Part shown: piece after piece, positions 20,361-29,764 of the stretch | How positions within the stretch are numbered: the stretch's first letter is position 1 | How the letters are laid out: every line of letters starts with the position of its first letter | DNA from: Alkalispirochaeta sp. | GTDB taxonomy: Bacteria; Spirochaetota; Spirochaetia; DSM-27196; Alkalispirochaetaceae | Length of the DNA: 64,000 bases | Assembly: GCA_965242725.1 (NCBI GenBank) | Contig: CBDESZ010000017.1 | Coordinates: 32,001-96,000, forward strand | Reading direction: 5' to 3' | Made by a program: the position numbers and the translations under genes | Notes under the pieces: model-generated | What the model saw: the letters and a program-made list of their open reading frames with translations, nothing else | Database searches by the model: none | What the model was told of the DNA's origin: nothing

Positions 20361-21289
20361 CCTTCCCTTCCCTTTTCCGGCGAAGGACACCCTTCGCGAA
20401 CCGGTTCAAAGGCGGTTACATAGCCCCCCGCGGGATCCACATCAAGCAGAACTCCCTGCAGCTCCAGGGCGTCCCATCCTTCCTCGGACTTCACCGGTAT
20501 TTTGGTGAGATATTTTTTTATTTCCGGCCCCGGTGACATTCCGCCGACGCTGTTCTGGCTGCCCGTCCGACCGGCATCGCATATGACCGCCGTGCCGGAG
20601 CTCATGACGTGCGCGTCCGCGGTCTGAACACGCTGACCACTGCCTACCACCGCAGTGACCTTTCCGTTGAGGTAATGGAACATTGTGTATTTTTCGGCGG
20701 TCGTCATTGCGTGAAAGTCGACTATCACGACGACGCTGTCTTTCTGGATACGCTCCAGAACGTTTGCAAGATAGGTGAAGGGATTGCCACCGTGAATACG
20801 GGTAAAACCGGACTGTCCGATAAGGTTGACGACGGCGACTTTGACCCTGGGGAGGGACTGTGATGTTTCATCACCGCCGGCCTGCCGCTGTTCCCCGCCG
20901 TCGGGGGCGTCCACGGATTTGCCGTCGTCATCGGCGGGCGACGCGTTGTCGATCTGAGACCACTCAGACGGGTTGACGGTGAAATGCCGCCACCCCCTTC
21001 CCGGCATTTCCGGGGGTAAATTGGCCGGCCTGAGAATGTAGGGTGCCTTGTCGATGTGGTCGGCGATGTCCTTCTTGAAGAAGGTCTGATCACCACCGGT
21101 TATGACGTCTACACCCAGTTTCCGCAGATAGACGCTATGATTCTTTCCGATGCCGAATCCTCCGGTGGCGCCGTCGCCGTTGGCGACGACAAAATCGATA
21201 TTCAGCTCCTTCCGGAGTCGGGCGAGGTGTGTTTTCACACAGTAGATTCCGGGTTTCCCCACGATTTCGGCGATGTACAAAATACGCAT
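20357..21289 (-). CDS. YmdB-family metallophosphoesterase with an internal acidic insert
   Basis: IVGKPG, VVANGDGATGG.G, RPANLP, DFHA.TTAEK, VQTAD motifs. Confidence 0.88.
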   Translation of the reverse strand: MRILYIAEIVGKPGIYCVKTHLARLRKELNIDFVVANGDGATGGFGIGKNHSVYLRKLGVDVITGGDQTFFKKDIADHIDKAPYILRPANLPPEMPGRGWRHFTVNPSEWSQIDNASPADDDGKSVDAPDGGEQRQAGGDETSQSLPRVKVAVVNLIGQSGFTRIHGGNPFTYLANVLERIQKDSVVVIVDFHAMTTAEKYTMFHYLNGKVTAVVGSGQRVQTADAHVMSSGTAVICDAGRTGSQNSVGGMSPGPEIKKYLTKIPVKSEEGWDALELQGVLLDVDPAGGYVTAFEPVREGCPSPEKGREG

Positions 21290-21465
21290 GTGTTTTCATC
21301 GTACCCGCCTTACCGGTGAGCGTCCAGACGGCGCGCGGTGACGTCATACCGGTAAAAAAGTGTTATATTCTCAGGTGAGACGCCGAAGTGCTCTCAGCCG
21401 TCGATCCAATGATGACGGTTTCGCGCTGCCTCCGGGAGCGCACATATCACATGAGGAGGTGCACG

Positions 21466-21960
21466 ATGCACAACCGCGATTACGTCGATCTGGGAACACT
21501 CCTGGATCAGATCTTCCAGGCAACGGAAGAGTTCACCCACACGTTCGGCAACTTCGCCTTCAACCAGAAAGAGCGGGGTGAGCACCGCAATTACTACTCG
21601 GTCTATCCCTTTCCCCCGGCAAACATTTACATGCTCCAGGACAAGACAATGGTCTTCGAGTTTGCCCTTGCGGGGTACAGGGACAACGATATCTCCCTCG
21701 AGTTTCAGGGCGATTATATGGTTCTCTCCGCCCACGCGCCGGATGCCGCCCCGGACTCGGACGAAGTGATTTTTTTCAATCGCCGGCTCAAGTACACGGA
21801 GATTCCCGACCAGCGGTACTACGTTCCGGAAGACAAGTTTGACCGGGAAACCGCAAAGGCGGTCTACAGGAACGGCATCCTGAAGGTAACGATTCCACCG
21901 AGAGAAGAGGTCCGGAATCACGAGGGCGTGAAAATAACGATTATCAACGAAGACGAATAA
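21466..21960 (+). CDS. Small heat-shock protein (Hsp20/alpha-crystallin)
   Basis: FPPANIY, FALAG, AVYRNGILKVTIP; strong SD GAGGAGGT. Confidence 0.88.
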   Translation: MHNRDYVDLGTLLDQIFQATEEFTHTFGNFAFNQKERGEHRNYYSVYPFPPANIYMLQDKTMVFEFALAGYRDNDISLEFQGDYMVLSAHAPDAAPDSDEVIFFNRRLKYTEIPDQRYYVPEDKFDRETAKAVYRNGILKVTIPPREEVRNHEGVKITIINEDE

Positions 21961-21969
21961 AACAACCCC

Positions 21970-22671
21970 TCATCCCTGCAGCTCGTCTCCAACGATACCG
22001 AGATCACAGGAGTCCGGCGGAACAAAGACGATGGGCACGAGGATACGCCAGAGGTTGCTTCGCGCCCATCCGCTGCGTTTCCGCCACTCCCGAAACTGAT
22101 CGTTGCTCCCGATCCACCCGCCTCGTTCCCGGGCAACCTCTATGATCGTCGGGTCGGCGGGGGTACCGGCCGGGGCGTACCGGAACTCCTCGACTCGATC
22201 CGAGAGGAAAGCGATATTCCCGGGATCGGCGACGACGTATTGCAGATTTGCATCGGCAACGGCGACTATCTCGGCAACGTGGTGGCGCCGCAGACAGTGA
22301 ATAATGTGTAATAGAGGTTCCACCTTCGGCCCTGACGCGTTGAAGGACCACACGAGATTGCTCACATCCAGGACGGCGGTCCCCTTCTCTTCGGGACGGA
22401 GACGACGCATGTATACATTGCCGTCGCTTCCGCGGATGAGTCGCGCCGCCGTCGTCGAAGAGCGCAGGAGCTGATCAAGCGCCTCCGTCCCGCCGGACAG
22501 CAGGGCGTGCACCTGTCGCACCGCTTCGATTGAGGTATTCCATCTGCGTCTGGAAAAGAGTAACCGTAACGTCTCCACCGAGACCCGCTGCCCGGGGTGA
22601 TAGGCGGTCAGCAGTTCCGCCGCCAGTTCGTCCGCGGACGCTCCCGCCGGCAGGTCTCCCCGTTTACCCAT
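21970..22671 (-). CDS. PIN/NYN-domain protein (Zc3h12a/Regnase-like)
   Basis: VLDVSNL, VADANL, AGTPADPTII and SNDQFREW acidic active-site pattern. Confidence 0.72.
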   Translation of the reverse strand: MGKRGDLPAGASADELAAELLTAYHPGQRVSVETLRLLFSRRRWNTSIEAVRQVHALLSGGTEALDQLLRSSTTAARLIRGSDGNVYMRRLRPEEKGTAVLDVSNLVWSFNASGPKVEPLLHIIHCLRRHHVAEIVAVADANLQYVVADPGNIAFLSDRVEEFRYAPAGTPADPTIIEVARERGGWIGSNDQFREWRKRSGWARSNLWRILVPIVFVPPDSCDLGIVGDELQG

Positions 22672-22680
22672 CGCCTGCAG

Positions 22681-24183
22681 TCACTGAATCGGGGCGGCCA
22701 GATAGGCAAGTCGTGAGAAAATCCGCAGGGTGATCGGCATCTTGCGCATTTCGTCCACCGTCATGAGCCGGGAATGACCGAAATCCCGTTCCAGCATCTC
22801 CTCCACCTGCTCGGCAAATCGCCTTCCTACGACGATGGAGGTAATTTCAAAGTTCAACCGGAATGACCGGTTATCAAGGTTGACGGTACCGACGGTACCC
22901 ACGGTGTCGTCTATGAGCATCACCTTTTGATGGAGAAAACCGGGCAGATAGCGGTATATCCTTACCCCCGCTTCAAGCATGTGTCCGACGAAGGCGAACG
23001 CCGAGAGATAGACGAGCAGGTGATCCGGTCTGTCGGGAATGAGAATCCGTACATCCACGCCGCGCAGGACGGCCAGTTTCAACGCGTCCTGAACCCCTTC
23101 GTCGGGAACGAAATAGGGACTGGCGATCCACAGCCGGTTTCCGGCGGAGTGAATCGCATGCTGTATGAGGAGACTTGCCGTGGATGAGTCGTCTGCGGGA
23201 CCCGAGGGAAGGACGAGGGCGGTAACGTTGGATACTGCGGGGAAATGCCTTGTATACGGGGAAGCCCCTTCCGCACCGTAGTCGGAGGGCGGCTGGAACA
23301 CGTCCCGATCCCGCAGAGATTCGTCGGTGACACAACTCTGCCAGTCGAGATCGAGATACTCCTCGGTCGCCCAATGCCAGTCCTCTACAAAGGTCAGCTG
23401 GAGCCCCATCACCGCCGGTCCCGTCAGGTGCAGGTGGGTATCCCGCCACGGGCCGAAACGCTCGCTCCGTCCGAGATACTCATCGCCCACATTGAGTCCC
23501 CCGAGGAATCCCTCCACTCCGTCCACGACGAGTGTTTTCCGGTGGTTGCGAAAATTCAATTGAAAGCGATTTTTTGCGCCTCTGGTCGATGAAAAGGGCT
23601 GGATACGGACGCCGTGGTTCCGCAGGAAGTGCACGTATCTTCGCCCTATCTGGTAGCTGCCGATCTCGTCGAAGAGGAAATAGACCTCTACTCCCCGGCG
23701 GACCGTTTCGATCAGGAGTTCCTGTAATTCACCGCCAATCTGATCATCCCGGACGATGTAAAACTGAATAAGGCAGTACCGTCGGGCTCGCCGAATCGCG
23801 GCAAACATGGATTTGAAGGCATCCGTCCCGTCGCTTAACAGCTGTACGCCATTTCCCCGGGTAAAGGGAAGACGGGCGATACGTTCCAGGGCAAGCGCGC
23901 GTCCCGTATCATCGTCATCCCTGGCGTGACGCGTTTCCAGGCGGCTTCGGAGATCACTGAGGCGGGTCCTCAGTCTGCCGTCCACCTCCTTGCGGGACTG
24001 GACATATCCATTAAACCGGGTGCGCCCGAATATCCAGTACGCCGGTACGGCGAGGTAAGGGAAGGTGTTGAGTGAGACGATCCACGCGATGGCACCCTGG
24101 GCGGTACGGGTAGTCAACAGCGCCGACACCGACGTCAGGACGCCGAGAATCTGTGCGACGGTGATAATTACCGCTAGTACCAT
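22681..24183 (-). CDS. cls: Cardiolipin synthase
   Basis: N-terminal TM/PLDc_N region, two HKD motifs (NHRKTLVVDG, LHQKVMLIDD), WRDTH, SPYFVP. Confidence 0.93.
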   Translation of the reverse strand: MVLAVIITVAQILGVLTSVSALLTTRTAQGAIAWIVSLNTFPYLAVPAYWIFGRTRFNGYVQSRKEVDGRLRTRLSDLRSRLETRHARDDDDTGRALALERIARLPFTRGNGVQLLSDGTDAFKSMFAAIRRARRYCLIQFYIVRDDQIGGELQELLIETVRRGVEVYFLFDEIGSYQIGRRYVHFLRNHGVRIQPFSSTRGAKNRFQLNFRNHRKTLVVDGVEGFLGGLNVGDEYLGRSERFGPWRDTHLHLTGPAVMGLQLTFVEDWHWATEEYLDLDWQSCVTDESLRDRDVFQPPSDYGAEGASPYTRHFPAVSNVTALVLPSGPADDSSTASLLIQHAIHSAGNRLWIASPYFVPDEGVQDALKLAVLRGVDVRILIPDRPDHLLVYLSAFAFVGHMLEAGVRIYRYLPGFLHQKVMLIDDTVGTVGTVNLDNRSFRLNFEITSIVVGRRFAEQVEEMLERDFGHSRLMTVDEMRKMPITLRIFSRLAYLAAPIQ

Positions 24184-24290
24184 TGGGGTATGGTGAATGG
24201 GGAAGACCCGTTGGTCAACCGCCCCGAGACGGCCGAGACGTTGCGACGGCGTTGTTTTCCCCACGCAATTGGGATACTATCACAGCCACT

Positions 24291-24995
24291 ATGATAGATT
24301 CGTCTCCAAACGTCCTTCCTCAAGGAAAGGCGTATACATATCTTTCCGCGTTATTTGTCGGCTCCATCGTCGCCGCCAACCTGATGGGAACGAAAGTCAT
24401 CCCCTTTTTCACGATCGGTGGATTCGAATTTACCGGATCGGTGGGTATTTTTCTCTTCCCCCTTTCATTTCTGGTAACAGATATCATGGCGGAAATCTGG
24501 GGAGGGAAATCGATTCGCTCCCTCATCGGGGCGACGGTGGTGATTCTCCTCCTCATTATGGCCGTCACTGCGCTTGCAACGATCATCCCCCCTGCCGATC
24601 GGTTTGCGGCCAACAATGACGCCTACCTCACCATTTTCCGGAGCTCCCTCCGTATTACAGCGGCGAGTGTCGTTGCCTTCGCCCTCTCCCAGACCCACGA
24701 TGTCTGGGCGTTCGAGCTGTGGAAGCGAGTCACCCGGGGAAGACTCCTGTGGCTGCGAAACAACGCGTCCACGATGGTCAGCCAGCTCATCGATACGGTG
24801 GTGTTCATGCTTATTGCATTCTGGATGGTGGGCGAACGCTTTACCCTCGGCTACGTTCTGGGAAGCATGGTCCCTCCCTACTACTTTCTGAAGGTCATCA
24901 TGGCGCTTCTTGATACACCCTTTGTCTATCTTGGTGTACGAATCCTGCGGGGTGAGGCTCGGGGTAAAGTGACCGCAGTCAAGGCGGCGTCATAA
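24291..24995 (+). CDS. Queuosine precursor transporter (YhhQ/VUT family)
   Basis: FPLSFLVTDI.AE.WG, SQTHDV, WLRNNASTMVSQLIDT, DTPF. Confidence 0.88.
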   Translation: MIDSSPNVLPQGKAYTYLSALFVGSIVAANLMGTKVIPFFTIGGFEFTGSVGIFLFPLSFLVTDIMAEIWGGKSIRSLIGATVVILLLIMAVTALATIIPPADRFAANNDAYLTIFRSSLRITAASVVAFALSQTHDVWAFELWKRVTRGRLLWLRNNASTMVSQLIDTVVFMLIAFWMVGERFTLGYVLGSMVPPYYFLKVIMALLDTPFVYLGVRILRGEARGKVTAVKAAS

Positions 24996-25047
24996 CGGAG
25001 CGTTCGATTGCCGTGACCGATAGAACGTACGCGAAGGGTATTGTCGC

Positions 25048-26904
25048 GTGAAAAGAAATGCACTTCCCGCCAGATGGAAATCCCGTCGCTTTCTGATCGG
25101 CGCCGTGGCGATACTGTTTGGAAGTGCATTTTATATCGCCATACTCTTCTCCCTGCCGCCGTCGATGAAGGGCGGGGACGTTGCCGTTCAGGATGGCGTC
25201 GTCAACCTGTCGGCGGAGACCCGGAATTCCGTCATTTCCCTTACGGGCACGTGGGAGGCGGTAATCGGCAGACACGTTCTTCCCGCATCTCTTTCATTTA
25301 TTGAACAGCGCTACATTTCCGTCCCGGGATCCATAAAAGGCGTCGAGAAGATGACATACCGGGTGACCGTCCAGGGGTTGAATCCGGAGGAGCGGTACGC
25401 CCTCTATGTGACGGGCGTCGCAGCCTCGGCGCAGATCTATGCCAACGGCGTATTCATAGGCACCTTCGGCAGACCGACCGAAGGAGGAGACGCGGAAGCG
25501 GGGTTTGTACCCACCCTCTACCCAAACCTGCCAAGGAGCGGGAAGCTTGAACTGGCGTTCCTCGTGACCAACAACCTCCATGAGCGGGGGGGACTCTGGA
25601 GTGAGGTATACTTCGGCCCCCAGCGGGTACTTATCCGCTATCGGGACCGCCTCAACCTCGTGGAAACACTGCTCATCGGTGCTCTTGTGACGGTGGCAAT
25701 ATACCACTTGATTCTCGCCTCGATTCACACCGGAGAAGGATCGACTCTGATATTCGCCGTATTCACCCTCCTCGCGGCGGTCGTCGCGGCAGTGGCGGGA
25801 CAGCGCGTTTTCCTTCGCCTTCTCCAGCCTCCGCGGGAGTTGCCGTGGATCCGCCTCGCCTACACCGCCGTCTCTCTTGCCGTGCCGACATTGGTGGCGT
25901 ACTCGGAACGGCTCTTTCCGCCGCCCCGGAGAAGGAAATTCGTCCCGATTCTCACATCCGCGGCCGCCGTTCACGTCGCCGTGGTGTGGTTGGTACCGTA
26001 TGCACTGTTTCAGCAGATCCGTGTCGTATGGTATATGATCATTTTCCTCGTCTCCATTTATTTACTGTATCTGACCATCTCCGCGGTGAAGCGGCGAGAA
26101 TGCGGCGCCGCCGTCTCCCTTGTCGGTTTTCTCATTTTTATCGCGTTTACCGGCAACGACATCCTCTTCGACATGAGAATCATTCACACCGGATATGTGA
26201 TGTCCCTCGGTCTGTTTGCCTTCATCCTCTCCCAGGCGACGGTGATCGCCCTGCGATATGACGTGATGTTTCAGGAGCTCTCGGAATTTCGGGTACGTCT
26301 TGAAGAAACGGTGGCGCAACGGACGGAGCAGCTCCAGGAAGAGCGAAATCGCCTGCGCTTTCTTGCGCTCAACGATGAACTCACCGGTCTGATCAATCGG
26401 CGGTACGGTACGGAGCTTTTAACCAATGAGGTCAGGCGATTTCTCCGCTACTCCACATCTCTCTCGGTGGTCCTCGTTGATATCGACTACTTCAAGGAGA
26501 TAAACGACAATCGGGGCCATCAGGTGGGCGACGACACACTGCAGGGATTTGCCCAGTTTCTGAAAACGACCACCCGCTCGACGGATATCGTCTGCAGGTG
26601 GGGAGGAGAAGAGTTCCTGCTCATACTGCCTAACACCGACGAGTCGGAAGCACAAAACCTTGCATACAAGCTTCAGGAGACGCTTGCGGCAACGCCTCTC
26701 GAAACGCGGGAGGGGTCGACATTACTCACCTTCAGCGCCGGTGTCACCGGTCTGAGCGAGTCCGACCAGGACGGAGCGGCCGACGCCCATACCGATGCGA
26801 TCCTGGACGCCCTGCTGCGGTCCGCCGATATTGCGCTGTATACGGCAAAGCGGGACGGACGAAACCTCGTGCGCGGCGAGTCCTTTCATCTCGGGCGAGG
26901 GTAA
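25048..26904 (+). CDS. 7TM-DISM sensor diguanylate cyclase
   Basis: Extracellular beta-sandwich, about 7 TM helices, DELTGL.NR, DIDYFK.IND, RxxD I-site (RSTD), GGEEF. Confidence 0.9.
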   Translation: MKRNALPARWKSRRFLIGAVAILFGSAFYIAILFSLPPSMKGGDVAVQDGVVNLSAETRNSVISLTGTWEAVIGRHVLPASLSFIEQRYISVPGSIKGVEKMTYRVTVQGLNPEERYALYVTGVAASAQIYANGVFIGTFGRPTEGGDAEAGFVPTLYPNLPRSGKLELAFLVTNNLHERGGLWSEVYFGPQRVLIRYRDRLNLVETLLIGALVTVAIYHLILASIHTGEGSTLIFAVFTLLAAVVAAVAGQRVFLRLLQPPRELPWIRLAYTAVSLAVPTLVAYSERLFPPPRRRKFVPILTSAAAVHVAVVWLVPYALFQQIRVVWYMIIFLVSIYLLYLTISAVKRRECGAAVSLVGFLIFIAFTGNDILFDMRIIHTGYVMSLGLFAFILSQATVIALRYDVMFQELSEFRVRLEETVAQRTEQLQEERNRLRFLALNDELTGLINRRYGTELLTNEVRRFLRYSTSLSVVLVDIDYFKEINDNRGHQVGDDTLQGFAQFLKTTTRSTDIVCRWGGEEFLLILPNTDESEAQNLAYKLQETLAATPLETREGSTLLTFSAGVTGLSESDQDGAADAHTDAILDALLRSADIALYTAKRDGRNLVRGESFHLGRG

Positions 26905-26931
26905 CATCGCGGGAGGGTCACGGTTCCACCG

Positions 26932-29043
26932 TCACCCGTCCAAAGACACAACGATGCCCTCTCCGCTGCCGACTTCTGCGACATAGAGAGACCCTCCCCG
27001 GTCGATAAGGGGGAATGGTTCCGCCTGCCGACGTCCTTCTTCAGTTGAAAAGGCGAGGGTACCCGTCTTTGCCTGCTCCTTCGTTCCGAGGGGGACTTTC
27101 AAGTGTTGAACGGGCTTCTCCGCATAGTTCACCACAAAGAGATACATACCGACGCGCCACGCGACATACGCCGTTCCGCCCGTCCCGTCCGGAGGAAGGA
27201 GCATAGTCACCCGTTCTCCCGCAAGGGAGGGCAGAAGCTCTTCCGCGAAGAGGCGTATTCTCATAACGTGATAGAAGAGGTATCCGTTCTCACCGAAACG
27301 GAAGGGGCCGGCGGTTGCCTTGGGACCGTCTGACTCGTGAAAGACGTAGAGTTTTGTGTAATGCTCGTTCGGCGCCCGTTGAAAATGGGGATCCCGGCAT
27401 TCAAAGTTCAACGCCGTATAGGACGGCATATCCACGAGAAAAAGGGCGGTGAAATATCGTGCTTCGTTGCCCCTGAGGTAGTAGTCGTCAAATCGCGGAT
27501 CGTCCTTGTCCGCCGTCATAACCGTAAATGACGGTGTAACGCGGCGGGTATCCATAATATCCCGATAGAGACGGAAGCGCCGGAAAAACTCGGGATCGTC
27601 CACCCGCAGGGATTGCAGGTCGCCAAGGGTTACCTCGGAACCACACGCCTCCAGGTGGTCCACCTCGTTACCGTACGCCATCGTACCCGGTGGTGCGATG
27701 AAAGACTCGGCGAAATAGGCAAAAGAGGGTGCGCCGTTATCCCGGCGAACGGCGGCGGCAATCGATCCGAGGAGATCATAGTACTCGTCGGGATACGGTG
27801 GCGTGCCGTCACGACGCATCTGGACGTGGGACATATCTCCCCGCATAAAGTCGAATCCATACCGGTCCTGGAGGGACGCGTAGAAGCGCTGCACCTCTTC
27901 CCACACCTCCCGTCGGGGACGGGAAAAGTCGATCTCCCACTTCCGATTGTCGTCCAGACGCTCATAGAGTTTATACCTCGCCAGCGGCCCGAAGACACGG
28001 GACATCGGCTCCGGATCGGTGAAGGTGTACTCCCGCCAGATGTGGCCGTCTTCATCACGGTGAAATGAATCGGTGTCCACTCGCAAGCCCCGGTAGGGTG
28101 GTGCCATCGTGGCCGGGACCGGTTCATACCCCACCCTGTAAATGAAGCGGGCAATCGCCTTCCGACGGGAGGAGCGCTGCGAGGGGTCCCCGGACGGCCC
28201 GAAAAGCAGATACTCCCGCTCCGCGACGGGAGTGGAATCATCGAATATCGCCTCAATGGCGGCGTGTTCGATGGGACGCCCGTCCGCCGCCCCGTATTGT
28301 CGAAGAAACACTTGTATCCGTTCCATCACCTCTTCATGGAGATCGGCCCGGTGGTCGACAATACGCGTATCCTCCCGTCGAAGCCATTCGAAATGGTGAG
28401 GAAAGGCAAGGACCACTTCTGAAAATCGATCGGTGTGGGGAATGACGTCCATGCCGACCGACTTGCCGAGAAGGTGCAGCAAATTCACCGCCCCCTTTAA
28501 CTGCCGGGCGGGAGTGTTCAAGTGGGGAAAGAGATCGGCGACCGAGGCGCTGTAGAACTCGCCGTTGATATGACGGCTGCTCATCCCGTAAAGACTGCCG
28601 ACGACTCCGGGCTCCCATATCGGCAGTATATGGATTGAATCATGAACGCGGGAGAGCGTGAGGGCGTACTTCACGACACCAAAGAAATCTCCAACGGTTC
28701 GGACGTTGACGCCGACCATGTTGGTCCGACGAATCCATTCCGTGTCGGTACGGTACGTCGCGGGGCCACGAATCGAAGAAGGCATTTCGTCGGCGGATCG
28801 CGCCGGATCGGTACAACCGGGAGAAACGGCGAGATCTGCATCTCCGCCGAAACGACCGCGCAATGTATCAAAAAGCTCCTCCACTGTAAGCAGAAGGGCG
28901 TCGGCAGGTAACACATTAAGGCATGCATCACTTTGTCCGGTACGGAATAGTGATGCGGTCGTTCCGTCGTCGGCGGACCGCAGCTCACGGATCGCTTCTA
29001 CGGTCTTGCCGAGGCGCGCCGCCGAACCGTACCAATCCATCAC
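26932..29043 (-). CDS. Divergent GH13 (alpha-amylase superfamily) protein of unknown specificity
   Basis: IHILPI...LYG, GMDVIPH (region I), GFDFMRGDMSH (nucleophile Asp), FAE (acid/base), TADKDD. Confidence 0.68.
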   Translation of the reverse strand: MMDWYGSAARLGKTVEAIRELRSADDGTTASLFRTGQSDACLNVLPADALLLTVEELFDTLRGRFGGDADLAVSPGCTDPARSADEMPSSIRGPATYRTDTEWIRRTNMVGVNVRTVGDFFGVVKYALTLSRVHDSIHILPIWEPGVVGSLYGMSSRHINGEFYSASVADLFPHLNTPARQLKGAVNLLHLLGKSVGMDVIPHTDRFSEVVLAFPHHFEWLRREDTRIVDHRADLHEEVMERIQVFLRQYGAADGRPIEHAAIEAIFDDSTPVAEREYLLFGPSGDPSQRSSRRKAIARFIYRVGYEPVPATMAPPYRGLRVDTDSFHRDEDGHIWREYTFTDPEPMSRVFGPLARYKLYERLDDNRKWEIDFSRPRREVWEEVQRFYASLQDRYGFDFMRGDMSHVQMRRDGTPPYPDEYYDLLGSIAAAVRRDNGAPSFAYFAESFIAPPGTMAYGNEVDHLEACGSEVTLGDLQSLRVDDPEFFRRFRLYRDIMDTRRVTPSFTVMTADKDDPRFDDYYLRGNEARYFTALFLVDMPSYTALNFECRDPHFQRAPNEHYTKLYVFHESDGPKATAGPFRFGENGYLFYHVMRIRLFAEELLPSLAGERVTMLLPPDGTGGTAYVAWRVGMYLFVVNYAEKPVQHLKVPLGTKEQAKTGTLAFSTEEGRRQAEPFPLIDRGGSLYVAEVGSGEGIVVSLDG

Positions 29044-29681
29044 ACAAATTCCACATCGTAATCGCGGGAAATGACGATATTCGCCTGCCGCCGGTGAGGT
29101 GCAATAATGTCGTGTTCAACCTTCAGTACTTCTTCGATAAACGGATCAAAGAGCTCCCGTGCGCGCCGCTTGCGCGCGGGCAATGTATCATTGTAGTCCC
29201 TGGCGATGAAGACGTGTACGTCCGCTTCATCAAGGATGGTGGTATAGGTCCCTTCCGCGATAATGACACGAAGCCCCTCGGTGTTCAGCTCTTCCTCGAT
29301 GATCGTGTCTTTTTCATAGATCACCAGAGGTTTGGCCAGCTTCTTCACGCCGCTCTTCAGCTGCCGCAAATGACCGTTCAGGTCGTCAAGCTTAACCTCA
29401 CCCGTCCCGACCCAGGATTGGTCGGACCGGCGCCTCGCATCGTTCGATTTTGGAGGCAGGACGAAGTAGTCGTCCTGTTGCAGGACGATCGCGGGAAAAC
29501 CGGCGACCTCAAAGGCCTCCTTCAACGCCTGTCCCATCTCGGACTTTCCACTTCCCGATTCACCGGCAACGGTCAGTGCCAGAGGTCGGTCGAGGAAAGA
29601 AAGTCGGGACTGCAACGCTTCCACAATGACTGCAGCAGCATTCCGGTGATGTTCCTCAATGATAATGACGTCACCATGCAT
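29040..29681 (-). CDS. P-loop small-molecule kinase (uridine kinase/PRK-like fold)
   Basis: TVAGESGSGKS Walker A, LQQDDYF, IIAEGTY. Confidence 0.75.
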   Translation of the reverse strand: MHGDVIIIEEHHRNAAAVIVEALQSRLSFLDRPLALTVAGESGSGKSEMGQALKEAFEVAGFPAIVLQQDDYFVLPPKSNDARRRSDQSWVGTGEVKLDDLNGHLRQLKSGVKKLAKPLVIYEKDTIIEEELNTEGLRVIIAEGTYTTILDEADVHVFIARDYNDTLPARKRRARELFDPFIEEVLKVEHDIIAPHRRQANIVISRDYDVEFV

Positions 29682-29699
29682 CGACAGCCTCCATGTAAA

Positions 29700-29743
29700 T
29701 TGGTTTATCCAACCAACGTACTAAAGAAATGCCCATTTGTCAA
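29700..29743 (-). promoter_or_regulatory. Sigma70 promoter with overlapping palindromic operator for the kinase-GH13 operon
   Basis: Minus strand TTGACA(29743-29738)-17 bp-TACGTT(29720-29715); TTGGTT-N5-AACCAA at 29700-29716. Confidence 0.65.
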
Positions 29744-29764
29744 CGTTCCCGGGGGGCATTTCCC

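Noticed and set aside
24184..24290. preQ1 riboswitch upstream of the YhhQ-family transporter
   Set aside because: No preQ1-type stem with A-rich tail is visible; the region is a short divergent promoter shared with cls.
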